DNA from: an uncultured Acidobacteriaceae bacterium
GTDB lineage: Bacteria > Acidobacteriota > Terriglobia > Terriglobales > Acidobacteriaceae
DNA length: 64,000 nt
Direction: 5' to 3'
Assembly: GCA_963731345.1 (NCBI GenBank)
Contig: CAVSUN010000005.1
Span: 446,311-510,310, forward strand
Within the stretch, counting starts at the first letter, position 1, and each line of letters opens with the position of its first letter. A program made the position numbers and the translations under genes. The notes under the pieces are model-generated. The model made no database searches and was not told the DNA's origin. It saw only the letters and a list, made by a program, of their open reading frames with translations. This document shows, in pieces, positions 37,197-47,146 of this stretch.

Positions 37197-37940
37197 GTGT
37201 CGATCAGCCCACCATGCCCGCTGCTTCTCGGCCATCGTGGCGCGCGCAAGGTCCGCAGATCCTGGGTGCCCCAGGTCTCGCGGCTTTCGAGACCTGGGCA
37301 TTCACATTCGTCGTGCGATCCGGTTCCGGCCGAGAACACAATTGCCGCATTTGATTATGCGCTTGCGAACGGCTGCGACGGTTTCGAATTCGACGTTCGC
37401 TACACGCGCGATGGCCGCTGTGTGCTGTGCCACGATCCCAAATACAACGGAAAAGAGCTGGCGACAACCGACTACTGCGACTTTGGCGACAGTCTGCCCT
37501 GCCTGGACAAAATACTCGCGCGCTTCGCCACGCTAGCCTATCTGGATATCGAACTGAAAGTGGCAGGGAACGAAGAAGCTCTTGCCGCCGCCTTGCGCGG
37601 CGCTCCGCCGCAACGCGGCTACATCGTGTCGTCTTTTCTCCCTGTGGTTCTGTTGCGCCTCCACGAAATCGATCCATCTCTGCCACTCGGCTATATCTGC
37701 AAAGATCCTGAGGAGGCAAAGCGCTGGACGGAATTGCCGATCAGCGCCTTCGTCCCGCACCACTCACTGGTCTCGCGGCAATTGATTCAGGAGGTGCACG
37801 CGCGGGGTTCGAAGTTATTGACCTGGACGGTGAATCAACAGCGAGAGTTGCTGCGGCTGTCTAGCTGGGGTGTTGACGGCCTGATCTCCGACGACCCCAA
37901 GTTGTTGGCAGACTTTTCCATGCGTGATAACGGGCGCTAA
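37197..37940 (+). CDS. glycerophosphodiester phosphodiesterase family protein with an atypical insertion
   Basis: LLLGHRGA .. ENTIAAFDYALANGCDGFEFDVRYTRDGRCVLCHD. About 24 extra residues lie between the HRG and ENT motifs. Confidence 0.7.
   Translation: MSISPPCPLLLGHRGARKVRRSWVPQVSRLSRPGHSHSSCDPVPAENTIAAFDYALANGCDGFEFDVRYTRDGRCVLCHDPKYNGKELATTDYCDFGDSLPCLDKILARFATLAYLDIELKVAGNEEALAAALRGAPPQRGYIVSSFLPVVLLRLHEIDPSLPLGYICKDPEEAKRWTELPISAFVPHHSLVSRQLIQEVHARGSKLLTWTVNQQRELLRLSSWGVDGLISDDPKLLADFSMRDNGR
37270..37298. repeat. perfect 11-bp-stem hairpin inside the GDPD coding sequence
   Basis: cccaggtctcg (37270-37280), loop cggcttt, cgagacctggg (37288-37298). Confidence 0.8.
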
Positions 37941-37988
37941 GCGAGCAGCCAATAGCGAATAGCAAACCGGGCGATTAGAATCGTCCTG

Positions 37989-38885
37989 ATGCCGACCACT
38001 GGCGAACGATTCGAGCGCGCTGTTTCCATCATGGCGCGGCTGCGCGGCCCGGACGGATGCCCCTGGGACCGGGAACAGACCTTCGACACCATCAAGCCCT
38101 ACACATTAGAAGAAGCCTACGAGGTGATCGAGGCAATCGACGCACGCGATTGGGACGAGTTAACCGGAGAACTCGGTGACCTGCTGCTGCAAGTCCTGTT
38201 TTATGCCGAGATGGCGCAGGAAGAGAAGCTCTTTTCGATCGACGATGTGCTCGACCGGCTCTCAACCAAGCTCGTCAATCGCCATCCCCATGTATTCGGT
38301 GAAGTGAAGGCCGACACCCCGGGCGAGGTCCTGCGCAATTGGCAGGCTCTCAAGGCCGAAGAAAAGAAGAAACGCCAGGAATCGGGACAGAAGCCCAGCA
38401 TAGACGATCATCCTGAGTCCGTCTTAGCCGGAGTCTCCGTCGCCATGCCTTCGCTGATGGAAGCCTACAAGATCAGCTCGCGGGTAGCGCATGTCGGATT
38501 TGATTGGCCTGACATTGAAGGGCTCTTCGGCAAACTGAATGAAGAGACAGCCGAGCTGCGTCATAATCTAGCGGAATATCCTGCGCCCGGGCCGCAGCCG
38601 GAATCGCGCGCCGGAGTCGCCGGTGCGCGAGGCGGGAAGGTCTCGCCTGAGCTACGCGCGCGATTGGAAGACGAAGTCGGCGATATGTTTTTCGTCTTGG
38701 TGAATATCGCGCGCTATCTTTCCCTCGATCCTGAGTCGGCGCTACGCCGCACCAATCGGAAGTTCCGCCGGCGCTTTCAGTATCTGGAAGAGAAGCTTCG
38801 CGAACGGGGCCAAAGGCCGGCAGAGGCGTCGCTGGAGGAAATGGAGTCGCTGTGGCAGGAATCGAAGCAACAGGAACAGCCGTGA
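37989..38885 (+). CDS. mazG: nucleoside triphosphate pyrophosphohydrolase MazG
   Basis: LRGPDGCPWDREQTFDTIKPYTLEEAYEVIEAI plus a second MazG repeat (ETAELRHNL..EDEVGDMFFVLVNIAR). Confidence 0.88.
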   Translation: MPTTGERFERAVSIMARLRGPDGCPWDREQTFDTIKPYTLEEAYEVIEAIDARDWDELTGELGDLLLQVLFYAEMAQEEKLFSIDDVLDRLSTKLVNRHPHVFGEVKADTPGEVLRNWQALKAEEKKKRQESGQKPSIDDHPESVLAGVSVAMPSLMEAYKISSRVAHVGFDWPDIEGLFGKLNEETAELRHNLAEYPAPGPQPESRAGVAGARGGKVSPELRARLEDEVGDMFFVLVNIARYLSLDPESALRRTNRKFRRRFQYLEEKLRERGQRPAEASLEEMESLWQESKQQEQP

Positions 38886-39652
38886 ATACCGACGCCATCG
38901 AGATTCGCAACTGTACCGAGGTCGAGGAGTTCCGCGCTTTCGTCGCGCTGCAGAAAGAGGTCTGGGGATTTGCCGACAACGAACTCGTGCCGCTGAGAAT
39001 TTTTTCACTCGCCCCGAAAATCGGCGGGCAGGTGATTGGTGCCTGGCAAGCGAAAGAACTGATTGGCTTCACGTTTTCGATTCCCGGCGTGCGCAACGGC
39101 CACGCCTATTTGCATTCCCACATGCTGGCCGTGAAAGCGGAATATCGCAATAGTGGCTTGGGCCGGCGCCTCAAGTTGTTTCAACGCGAGGACGCCATCG
39201 CGCACGGCTACGAACTGATCGAGTGGACCTTCGATCCGATCGAGATAAAAAACGCCTACTTGAACCTCGAACGGCTGGGTGCGATCGCGCGCCGCTACAA
39301 CATCAATCAGTACGGAATTACATCATCGCCGTTGCAGGGATTCCTGCCCACAGACCGGCTCATCGCGGAGTGGTGGCTGAAGTCAAAGCGCGTCGAGGCG
39401 CTGCTATCGAACGAGTCGCCGCCGGCATTCGAAGAGAAGATGCGCATCGAAATTCCCGCTGAAATCTACACCTGGAAGACCGATCCCACCACCCGGCAAA
39501 AAGCGGCCGACGTCCAGTTGCGCAATCGTGAGCAGTTCCTGAAAGCCTTCTCGCAAGGTCTCTCGTGCCTGCGCTATGGTCGCGGTGAGACCGGCTGCGG
39601 CGTGTTCGTGCTCGGCCGTTGGGACGAAGACTGGTCGTACGCGAACGCCTGA
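38882..39652 (+). CDS. GNAT-like acetyltransferase family protein
   Basis: GTG at 38882 overlaps the mazG stop (GTGA). HMLAVKAEYRNSGLGRRLKLFQRE resembles GNAT motif A. Confidence 0.5.
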   Translation: MNTDAIEIRNCTEVEEFRAFVALQKEVWGFADNELVPLRIFSLAPKIGGQVIGAWQAKELIGFTFSIPGVRNGHAYLHSHMLAVKAEYRNSGLGRRLKLFQREDAIAHGYELIEWTFDPIEIKNAYLNLERLGAIARRYNINQYGITSSPLQGFLPTDRLIAEWWLKSKRVEALLSNESPPAFEEKMRIEIPAEIYTWKTDPTTRQKAADVQLRNREQFLKAFSQGLSCLRYGRGETGCGVFVLGRWDEDWSYANA

Positions 39653-39735
39653 AACGTCTGAAAGAACCTCTTCCACGACAGAGACACAGAGGAAAGAAAA
39701 CAAGGTCAGGAACTCTGCTCCTGAGCGGTCATTCC

Positions 39736-41655
39736 TCATTGTTTGAACACCACCATTGACAGCGGTGGAAGGTTCAGCAGCAAAGAATTCGGATATCCGT
39801 GACAGGGACTTGCCTCCGTCATCTTTCCGCCGAAGTTGCCTTCGTCCGTTCCGCCGTAAATCGCCGCATTGCTGTTCAGAATTTCCTGCCAGTGTCCCTC
39901 ATGCGGCACGCCTACGCGATAGCCGCGCCGGGGCACGGGAGTGAAGTTACACGCAATGACGAGCGGGCTGCTGTCATCCTTACGCAGCCGCATATAGGTC
40001 AGCACGCTGTGATCGGAATCGTCGGCGTCGATCCAGCGCCAGCCGTCCGGGGTGAAATCGGTCTCATACAATGCGGGTTGATTGCGATAAAACTTGTTCA
40101 GATCGCGTACCCAGCGCTGCACGCCCTGATGATCTTCCCAGCCGAGCGCGTGCCAGTCGACGCTGCCATCGTGGTTCCACTCGCTCCACTGCGCAATCTC
40201 GCCACCCATGAACAGCAGCTTCTTCCCGGGCTGGGTGAACATGTAACCGAACAGCAGCCGCAGGTTCGCGTATTTTTGCCAATCATCTCCGCCCATCTTG
40301 CCGAACAGCGAGCCCTTGCCGTAAACCACTTCGTCGTGTGAAAGCGGCAGCACGTAGTTCTCGGTGAACGCGTACAGTCCGCGGAACGTCAGCTTGTTGT
40401 GGTGGAATTTGCGATGCACGGAATCTTTCGACATGTACAGCAGGGTGTCGTGCATCCAACCCATGTCCCACTTCATGCCAAAGCCGAGCCCCCCGAGGTA
40501 AGGCGGCCGCGACACCATCGGCCACGCCGTCGACTCTTCGGCGATAGTCTGGATATCGGGAAAGTTCTCGTAGGTCTCGCGATTTACCGCCTGCAGGAAC
40601 GACACAGCGCCGAGGTTTTCGCGCCCGCCGAACTGGTTGGGAATCCACTCGCCCTGCTTGCGCGAGTAATCGAGATACAACATGGACGCAACGGCATCTA
40701 CGCGCAGCCCGTCAATATGATAGCGATCGAGCCAGAAGATAGCGTTGCTGATGAGGAACGCGCGCACCTCGTTGCGGTCGTAATTGAAGATGGACGACTT
40801 CCATTCGGGATGAAAGCCCTTGCGCGGATCAGCGTGCTCGTACAAATGCGTGCCGTCGAAGTAGGCAAGCCCGTATTCATCATTGGGGAAGTGCGATGGC
40901 ACCCAGTCGAGAATCACCCCGATGCCGCGCTGGTGCAGGTAGTCGATCAGGTACATGCAATCCTGCGGCGTGCCGTACCGCGCGCTGGGCGCATAGTAGC
41001 TGGTGATCTGATATCCCCAGGAGCCGAAGAACGGATGCTCCATCACCGGCATGAACTCAACGTGGGTGAAGCCCATGTCGGCCACGTAGTCGGCGAGTTT
41101 CACCGCTAGCTCACGGTAGCTGAGCGAACGATTGCCCTCTTCCGGCACGCGCATCCACGAGCCGAGATGCACTTCATAAATTGAAATCGGCGCATCAAGT
41201 TTGTTTCGCTCACGGCGTTTCCGCATCCACTCCTGATCGTTCCACACATACGTTGTGTCCCACACAATCGATGCGGTCTTCGGCGGCGCCTCGTTGTAAA
41301 ACGCATATGGGTCGGCTTTATCTACTTCGTACATGTGATAGCGCGAGCGGATGTGGTACTTGTAGACCGCGCCGCGATCCAGTTGTGGGATAAAAGCTTC
41401 CCAAACGCCTGAACTTCCACGTGGGTTCATCGGATGCGCGTCGGGATTCCAGCCGTTGAAGTTGCCGACTACGGAAACGCGCTCGGCATTCGGCGCCCAC
41501 AAGGCAAAGTAGGTGCCGCGCTGGCCATCGAACTCGGTGATGTGCGCGCCGAACTTCTCGAAGAGTCGAATATGCTTGCCTTCATTGAACAGGTGCAAAT
41601 CGAACCCGGTGAGCAGAGTCGAGGCTTGGTCGTTCGCGGCCAAAGTTGCCATCAA
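39736..41655 (-). CDS. glgB: 1,4-alpha-glucan branching enzyme
   Basis: 639 aa. GH13 motifs GVILDWVPSHF, DGLRVDAVASMLY, IAEEST and SHDEVV. Confidence 0.93.
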   Translation of the reverse strand: MMATLAANDQASTLLTGFDLHLFNEGKHIRLFEKFGAHITEFDGQRGTYFALWAPNAERVSVVGNFNGWNPDAHPMNPRGSSGVWEAFIPQLDRGAVYKYHIRSRYHMYEVDKADPYAFYNEAPPKTASIVWDTTYVWNDQEWMRKRRERNKLDAPISIYEVHLGSWMRVPEEGNRSLSYRELAVKLADYVADMGFTHVEFMPVMEHPFFGSWGYQITSYYAPSARYGTPQDCMYLIDYLHQRGIGVILDWVPSHFPNDEYGLAYFDGTHLYEHADPRKGFHPEWKSSIFNYDRNEVRAFLISNAIFWLDRYHIDGLRVDAVASMLYLDYSRKQGEWIPNQFGGRENLGAVSFLQAVNRETYENFPDIQTIAEESTAWPMVSRPPYLGGLGFGMKWDMGWMHDTLLYMSKDSVHRKFHHNKLTFRGLYAFTENYVLPLSHDEVVYGKGSLFGKMGGDDWQKYANLRLLFGYMFTQPGKKLLFMGGEIAQWSEWNHDGSVDWHALGWEDHQGVQRWVRDLNKFYRNQPALYETDFTPDGWRWIDADDSDHSVLTYMRLRKDDSSPLVIACNFTPVPRRGYRVGVPHEGHWQEILNSNAAIYGGTDEGNFGGKMTEASPCHGYPNSLLLNLPPLSMVVFKQ

Positions 41656-42062
41656 TCAGGTCTCCTCTTCGAAGCAGTTTCGAGTCTGGCCGTCGTAGCT
41701 GGAAGGCTCGCCATGAATTCGCTCCGATATCGCTCCTACCTTGGATGAGTCTAGAGCACTTTCAAGTTTCACGCTTCGATCCCGCAACCCAACCGCACTT
41801 ACGCGCGATGCGAGAAGCGTAATCTCGGTACCGATGACGCGGCACGCCACATGCCCACAAGCGGTCTGTCGCCGTTAACTGCCGTCCATCACCCAGCAGC
41901 TTTTCTCTGCACACAATTGGCGGAGTGCACAGTCTAATATTCCACATGCCGCCCTTCCGAAGAAGCGACACAGGCACGCTGCTGAAGGACAAAGAGCCGA
42001 ACGAGTCGAACTCGCCATCTCATGCGAAGATAGTTGAAGAGACCTCGCAGCAAACGAGTCCG

Positions 42063-43280
42063 ATGCCTTCATCGAAGTTTCGCCGAACTTTCAAAGCATT
42101 TCAATATCGCGATTTCCGGCTGATGTGGATAGGTGCCTGCACCTCCAGCATCGGGACCTGGATGCAGATTGTCGCGCAGGGCTGGCTGATTTACCGGCTC
42201 AGCCATTCCGCGTTTCTGCTTGCGCTCGATCAGTTCCTTGGCGGCATCCCCATATTTTTGTTCTCGCTGATCGGCGGCGTCGTCGCCGATCGCATCGAGC
42301 GGCGGAAGATTCTGCTGATATCGCAGTACATTCAGATGGCGAGCGCGACGACGCTAACGTTGTTGGTCGCCACCGGACACGTCCATGTCTGGCACATTCT
42401 CTGCCTGTCATTCGTTTCGGGATTCGCCCAGGCATTCGGCGGACCTGCATATTCAGCGCTGATTCCCACGTTGGTTGATCGCGAGGACATGCCGAACGCC
42501 ATCGCACTGAACTCCATTCAGTTCAACCTGGCGGTGGCTGTGGGACCCGCGCTAGCCGGCCAGACGTTGGCGAAGCTGGGCGAGAAGTGGTGCTTCGGCC
42601 TGAATGCTATTTCGTTTATTGCGCCCATCATTACGCTGCTGATGATTCGTTCGACCTTCCGGCCGGCTAGTACCACGGAGTCGATGCTCACCAGCCTCAA
42701 GGAAGGCATACGGTTCGTGCGCAAGCAGGGTTCGATGGAAGCGCTGATCGTGCTGGCGTTCTGTATGACGGCGCTGGCGATGCCCATGCGCACCTACATT
42801 CCGGTATTCGTCAAGGACATCTTCCATCGTGGACCGGAGACCTACGGCAATCTGCTTTCGCTAATGGGCCTGGGTTCGATCATCGGTTCCCTCACCGTGG
42901 CCGGCTTGGGGAACATCCGCAACAAAGGACGATTCGCCATCATCACGCTGATGTCTCTGGGCGTGGGCATCGCAATCTTTGCGGTGTCGAAATCGTTGCC
43001 TCTGAGCTACGGAATGCTTCTGGTGGTGGGCGCCTCAATGATGGCCGTCTTCGCCACCGTCACGTCGCTGGTGCAATTGATCACCACCAACGAAATGCGC
43101 GGGCGGGTCATGAGCGTCTACAACTGCGCCTTTCGCGGCGGCATGCCGATGGGCAATCTCTTGTCCGGTTGGCTGGTGCCGATCTTCCGGGCGCCAGCCG
43201 TGCTCAGCGTCAACGGTGTGTTGCTGGTGCTGATGGCAGTGTACTTCCTGCTCATTCAGAGGCGGGTGGCGTCGTTGTAG
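42063..43280 (+). CDS. MFS transporter (EntS/MFS_3-like)
   Basis: ATG at 42063 (MPSSKFRRTFKAFQYRDFRLMWIG). 12-TM layout. Confidence 0.75.
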   Translation: MPSSKFRRTFKAFQYRDFRLMWIGACTSSIGTWMQIVAQGWLIYRLSHSAFLLALDQFLGGIPIFLFSLIGGVVADRIERRKILLISQYIQMASATTLTLLVATGHVHVWHILCLSFVSGFAQAFGGPAYSALIPTLVDREDMPNAIALNSIQFNLAVAVGPALAGQTLAKLGEKWCFGLNAISFIAPIITLLMIRSTFRPASTTESMLTSLKEGIRFVRKQGSMEALIVLAFCMTALAMPMRTYIPVFVKDIFHRGPETYGNLLSLMGLGSIIGSLTVAGLGNIRNKGRFAIITLMSLGVGIAIFAVSKSLPLSYGMLLVVGASMMAVFATVTSLVQLITTNEMRGRVMSVYNCAFRGGMPMGNLLSGWLVPIFRAPAVLSVNGVLLVLMAVYFLLIQRRVASL

Positions 43281-43307
43281 AGGCGATCGAGAACACCCTT
43301 ACCCCTC

Positions 43308-44282
43308 TTATTGTAAGTCTTTCGATTTAACAGCTTGCAGGGGGTTGGAGAAGAAATCAGCCATCGGCAATCCATTGGTAGCCCAGCCGAGATTGGACGT
43401 CGGCAGACCGAGTCCCTGCGCGATCAGGCGCAGAATGTCCCCTTCATCGTAACTGCTGTTGTAGTTGCGCGTGTCGCCGCCAGGAGACTGGTATCCCCTC
43501 TTGCTGTAGGGGCTCACCACGACCAGTTCCACCTGCCCGCCGCAACCCAGTCCTTCGGTCGTGGTCTCACAATCCGGCTGCCCGCTGTCGGCGTTCTCGT
43601 CGAAAACGATGATCAGCAATCCGCTCCCGCCGGGTTGAAAGTACGAGCTCCTGAGCAATGGGACCATTACATCTCTCAGCCAGTTATCGAAGGTCTGAAT
43701 GGAGCAGTCGTGCGCATCGTCGCACCCATTGGGCACCAGCCACGACAACGTGGGCAGCCTGTGCAACAGCACATCGTTGGGGAAGCCACCGAAGCAGACA
43801 AAGTGGCCCGGTTCATGGTTAATCGTGGTCATATACTGCAGCGGATCGTGACGTACGTAGTACGTTCCCGGATTCAGGCCTTTGCAAGTCGCGGTGGTAG
43901 GGAGGTTCTCAACATAGTCTTTCCAGGTGCCGCCCGCGTTCTGCACCTCGAGGGCAATGTTATTCAGCGAGACCGGAAAGCTCTGCGGGGTCTCGCTGTC
44001 ATTATCGGTGAGAATATTCCCGGTGACTAAGTTGAGATAGTTGCCGATCGAAGGATGCGTGTCCGAGTAGTAGTTCACTCCGAGACCATACGTGTTGGCA
44101 AGCGAGGTCAGATACGGCATGTTACTGGAGTTGTAGCTCGTACTGTAATTCTGGTTCTCGCCCACCACGATCACCACGTTGCTGAACGCTGGCAAACCCT
44201 GGCCTGACGCCGAAGGAATGAGGGCGGACGTGGCCAGCAATAATGCCAGATATAGCCCAGCCTTCTTTGTGAATCCTCTCAT
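43308..44282 (-). CDS. secreted phosphoesterase family protein (PF04185-like)
   Basis: ATG at 44282 gives the signal peptide MRGFTKKAGLYLALLLATSALIPSASG. NVVIVVGENQNYS and LIIVFDEN motifs. Confidence 0.55.
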   Translation of the reverse strand: MRGFTKKAGLYLALLLATSALIPSASGQGLPAFSNVVIVVGENQNYSTSYNSSNMPYLTSLANTYGLGVNYYSDTHPSIGNYLNLVTGNILTDNDSETPQSFPVSLNNIALEVQNAGGTWKDYVENLPTTATCKGLNPGTYYVRHDPLQYMTTINHEPGHFVCFGGFPNDVLLHRLPTLSWLVPNGCDDAHDCSIQTFDNWLRDVMVPLLRSSYFQPGGSGLLIIVFDENADSGQPDCETTTEGLGCGGQVELVVVSPYSKRGYQSPGGDTRNYNSSYDEGDILRLIAQGLGLPTSNLGWATNGLPMADFFSNPLQAVKSKDLQ

Positions 44283-44768
44283 CTCGGATCTCCTCACTGG
44301 ATTTTGAAACTGGAATATCCTTTTTGTAAACTCAAGAACAGGGCGCAATTGTAATGCAAATTGCGCTCGCTCGGGCTTGCAGCGGATTACGTTCACAAGT
44401 TCTGTAGAGGTTGCCTTTGCGCATTCATGACGAGGCCGCCGTTCGCAAACTCGCATTCCGTTCGATCGGGGAAGTCGTGCGAGTCAGTAAAGCTCCAGCT
44501 TCCGTTCGAGGGCGTGAGTTTGAAAATTGGTTGACACTTGGAGCGCGCCATAGATATTGCCGGAGCTGTCAAGCAAGAGCCCGCCTTAGGGTCCTAACTC
44601 CTTAGAGCGTATAGAGGGTTTGGAGGTTCGAGATACGCTGCGTCGACAGTTCAACCAACCGTCCCCAAAGCCTCAGTTGCCGCCAGTAGCGTCGCACAGG
44701 TTTCCAGCCGCGTGCCTTGAATATTCACTTGACGTGGAGGCTGCAAACGTAAGAAGCTTCTTAGTATC

Positions 44769-46049
44769 TTGCCACGACCCTTGTGGGGTTCAGAAGCCCG
44801 AGTGTGCGCTCCCAGCGGTCTGCGCAAAATACCGGCGTATCTTTTGGTCGCGATCTCTCTCCTGCAATGCGCGCTGGCGCAGGAGATGGGCGCGGTTCCT
44901 GCCAGTCTGACTATTCCGGACGGGACTCCAATCCATCTTCGACTCAGCGAGAACGTTTCCTCTACCCACGGCCACGTAGGCGACAAACTGCGTTTTGTAG
45001 TGGTTAGAGATGTGAGCGTGGAAGGTTTCACCGTGATTCCGGCCGGAACTATAGCCACCGGTACCGTTACTGCTATTAAGGGCAGGAGAATCCTGGGGAT
45101 TGGCGGGGAAGTATCTCTGAAGCTCGATTCTGTAGGGCTGGTCAACGGCGATCGGGTCAATTTGCGTGCGCGGCTAGACGTGAAAGGCCGCTCCCGGGTC
45201 AACCTCATGGCCATCGCGATGATCGCCAGCGGGATAATCTTCCTGCCTGCGACCCCCGTTTTCGCGCTCATCCGGGGCCACGAGAGCACGGTGGTGAAGA
45301 CGACGGAAATCACGGCGCAAATCGACGGTGCTACTGCGGTATTGTCGGCGGGATTATTGCGCCCGCAGCACAGTCCTTCTGAACTGAACCAGATGATGGA
45401 CTATCTGCCGCCACGTGTTTTCAATGCTGAGGGCCGTGAGGGCGACATGGTGAACCTGGTCTTCGTCGCCCAGCCGGAAGATTTGCAATCGGCGTTTTCG
45501 CGCGCCGGTTGGGTCAAAACCGACAAATGGAAGCCGACGTTCGTCTGGCACTTGCTGCAGCATGGAACCAGGGACGTGCGCTTGCCGATGGCCCGGTTTT
45601 ACCTATTTGGGCGGGTGCAGGACTACTCTTATGCGTTGCCTGATCCGGACGCGATCGTCTCGCGGCGTCACCACCTCCGAATCTGGAAAACCGATTACAG
45701 GCTTGATGGGACGCCGATATGGGCGGCTGCGGCCACGCAGGATGTTGCCATTGAAATCGCCAAGCGAGGGCGTTTCATCAATCATAGGATCGATCCTGCA
45801 GTCGATACGGAGCGCGATTTTGTTGGGATTGACCTGACGAAGACATCGGCCGTCAGCCGCCAGGAATACTTGCATTCTGCCGATCCAGTGTTCCAGGCTC
45901 AAACCGCGTCCGGCGAGACCTACCACTCCGACAGCAGAATCCTTCTTCTGGATCTCCATCCCGCCACTTCCAATGACAGGAGAGTAGCCGCCCAGCCGGC
46001 CCCGGTGGTTCGAGCGACGGCCCTACCTTCTCCAGCGCCAACCGAGTAG
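44769..46049 (+). CDS. LssY_C-like domain protein
   Basis: N-terminal signal. C-terminal VNLVFVAQPEDLQSAFSRAGWVKTDKW..SRRHHLRIWKT resembles the LssY C-terminal family. Start uncertain. Confidence 0.45.
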   Translation: MPRPLWGSEARVCAPSGLRKIPAYLLVAISLLQCALAQEMGAVPASLTIPDGTPIHLRLSENVSSTHGHVGDKLRFVVVRDVSVEGFTVIPAGTIATGTVTAIKGRRILGIGGEVSLKLDSVGLVNGDRVNLRARLDVKGRSRVNLMAIAMIASGIIFLPATPVFALIRGHESTVVKTTEITAQIDGATAVLSAGLLRPQHSPSELNQMMDYLPPRVFNAEGREGDMVNLVFVAQPEDLQSAFSRAGWVKTDKWKPTFVWHLLQHGTRDVRLPMARFYLFGRVQDYSYALPDPDAIVSRRHHLRIWKTDYRLDGTPIWAAAATQDVAIEIAKRGRFINHRIDPAVDTERDFVGIDLTKTSAVSRQEYLHSADPVFQAQTASGETYHSDSRILLLDLHPATSNDRRVAAQPAPVVRATALPSPAPTE

Positions 46050-46121
46050 TTCCAAGAGCAACCCCTCAAGGCGTCTTTCTACGTACAGTTCGCTGTGGCG
46101 CGCCAGGGAACCGTTACGTCA

Positions 46122-47108
46122 TTAGCGGCCGCCGTTCGTGGGTTCGGCCTTGCCGATCCCGGCTTCCGACTCTGCCTGCTTCGGTTCTTCTGCCGCCTTC
46201 CAACTCGAATCAGGATTGAAAGCATTCATCGAGGTCGCGATTTGCGTCGTGTCCGGGCCCAGGTTCTTCTCATAGACGGTTCCGTCCTCGTTGACGATGA
46301 AGGTCATCACTCCGGATGAGCTGTATTCCGCGGGATAGGCCACGAAGGCGAAGCCGCCCGTCATCTTCCCGCCGACAAGGTAGCTCCTGGCCCCTCCCGG
46401 CGCGTCCGGACCTTGCGCCGTCAGCAGACGATAGTAGTATCCGCGAAATGGGATACGCTCGCCCGCACCTTGCATTCCCGCCTGCGCCAGCAGCGGGCCG
46501 ATCTCCGGCTGACCGTGCTCGCTGGAGTGATACAAGCCATCGTGTTCGCCCTTGTCGGCGACGAAATGGGTCGCATACTGTCCTGCCTCACCCGGATGGG
46601 CCCCGGCATAGTGCTCTTTTTGCGCGGTGACCAACTCGTGACAGACTTCGATGGCAGACATCTCGTTCTTACCGATCCTGCGCATCAGGATCTCCTGCTT
46701 GCCGGACGCAGTGTCGAATGACCAGCGTCCACTTTGTTCGACCAGCGGAATGGGGAACGGCCAGTTCGCCGCGCCAATGTACAAGGTCACCGAGCCGAAT
46801 GGCTCCTTTACGACGCGGTGCGACTGCTCGTATTTTTCAACGAACACCTGGCGATCGTGGGCGTCTTGCTGCGGATCGCCGGAGGAGATGAGAGTTTGCC
46901 CGTCTGGTCCGAAAATGCGCGCCAGTTCGCTCTGATTGTCGGCCTTGACGGCGGCGAATAATGCCTGCGTGGCCTGCCGCGGCGAGGCGAAGGTTTGCTG
47001 CTGACTGGATTGGGCCAGCGCAGCTGACGAGAAACAGCACACGGCGAAGATCGATAACGACCTAAGCAGCAGCTTCTGAGATCGATGCAACATCAACTTC
47101 ATCTTCAT
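46122..47108 (-). CDS. DUF2950 family protein
   Basis: GAANWPFPIPLVEQSGRWSFD..EILMRRIGKNEMSAIEV, PFRGYYYRLLTAQG..APGGARSY and GGFAFVAYPAEYSSSGVMTFIVNEDGTVYEKNLG. Confidence 0.75.
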   Translation of the reverse strand: MKMKLMLHRSQKLLLRSLSIFAVCCFSSAALAQSSQQQTFASPRQATQALFAAVKADNQSELARIFGPDGQTLISSGDPQQDAHDRQVFVEKYEQSHRVVKEPFGSVTLYIGAANWPFPIPLVEQSGRWSFDTASGKQEILMRRIGKNEMSAIEVCHELVTAQKEHYAGAHPGEAGQYATHFVADKGEHDGLYHSSEHGQPEIGPLLAQAGMQGAGERIPFRGYYYRLLTAQGPDAPGGARSYLVGGKMTGGFAFVAYPAEYSSSGVMTFIVNEDGTVYEKNLGPDTTQIATSMNAFNPDSSWKAAEEPKQAESEAGIGKAEPTNGGR

Positions 47109-47146
47109 TTCTCACAGTCTCGCAAAGTCAGGGTTAAGGTTCGACA

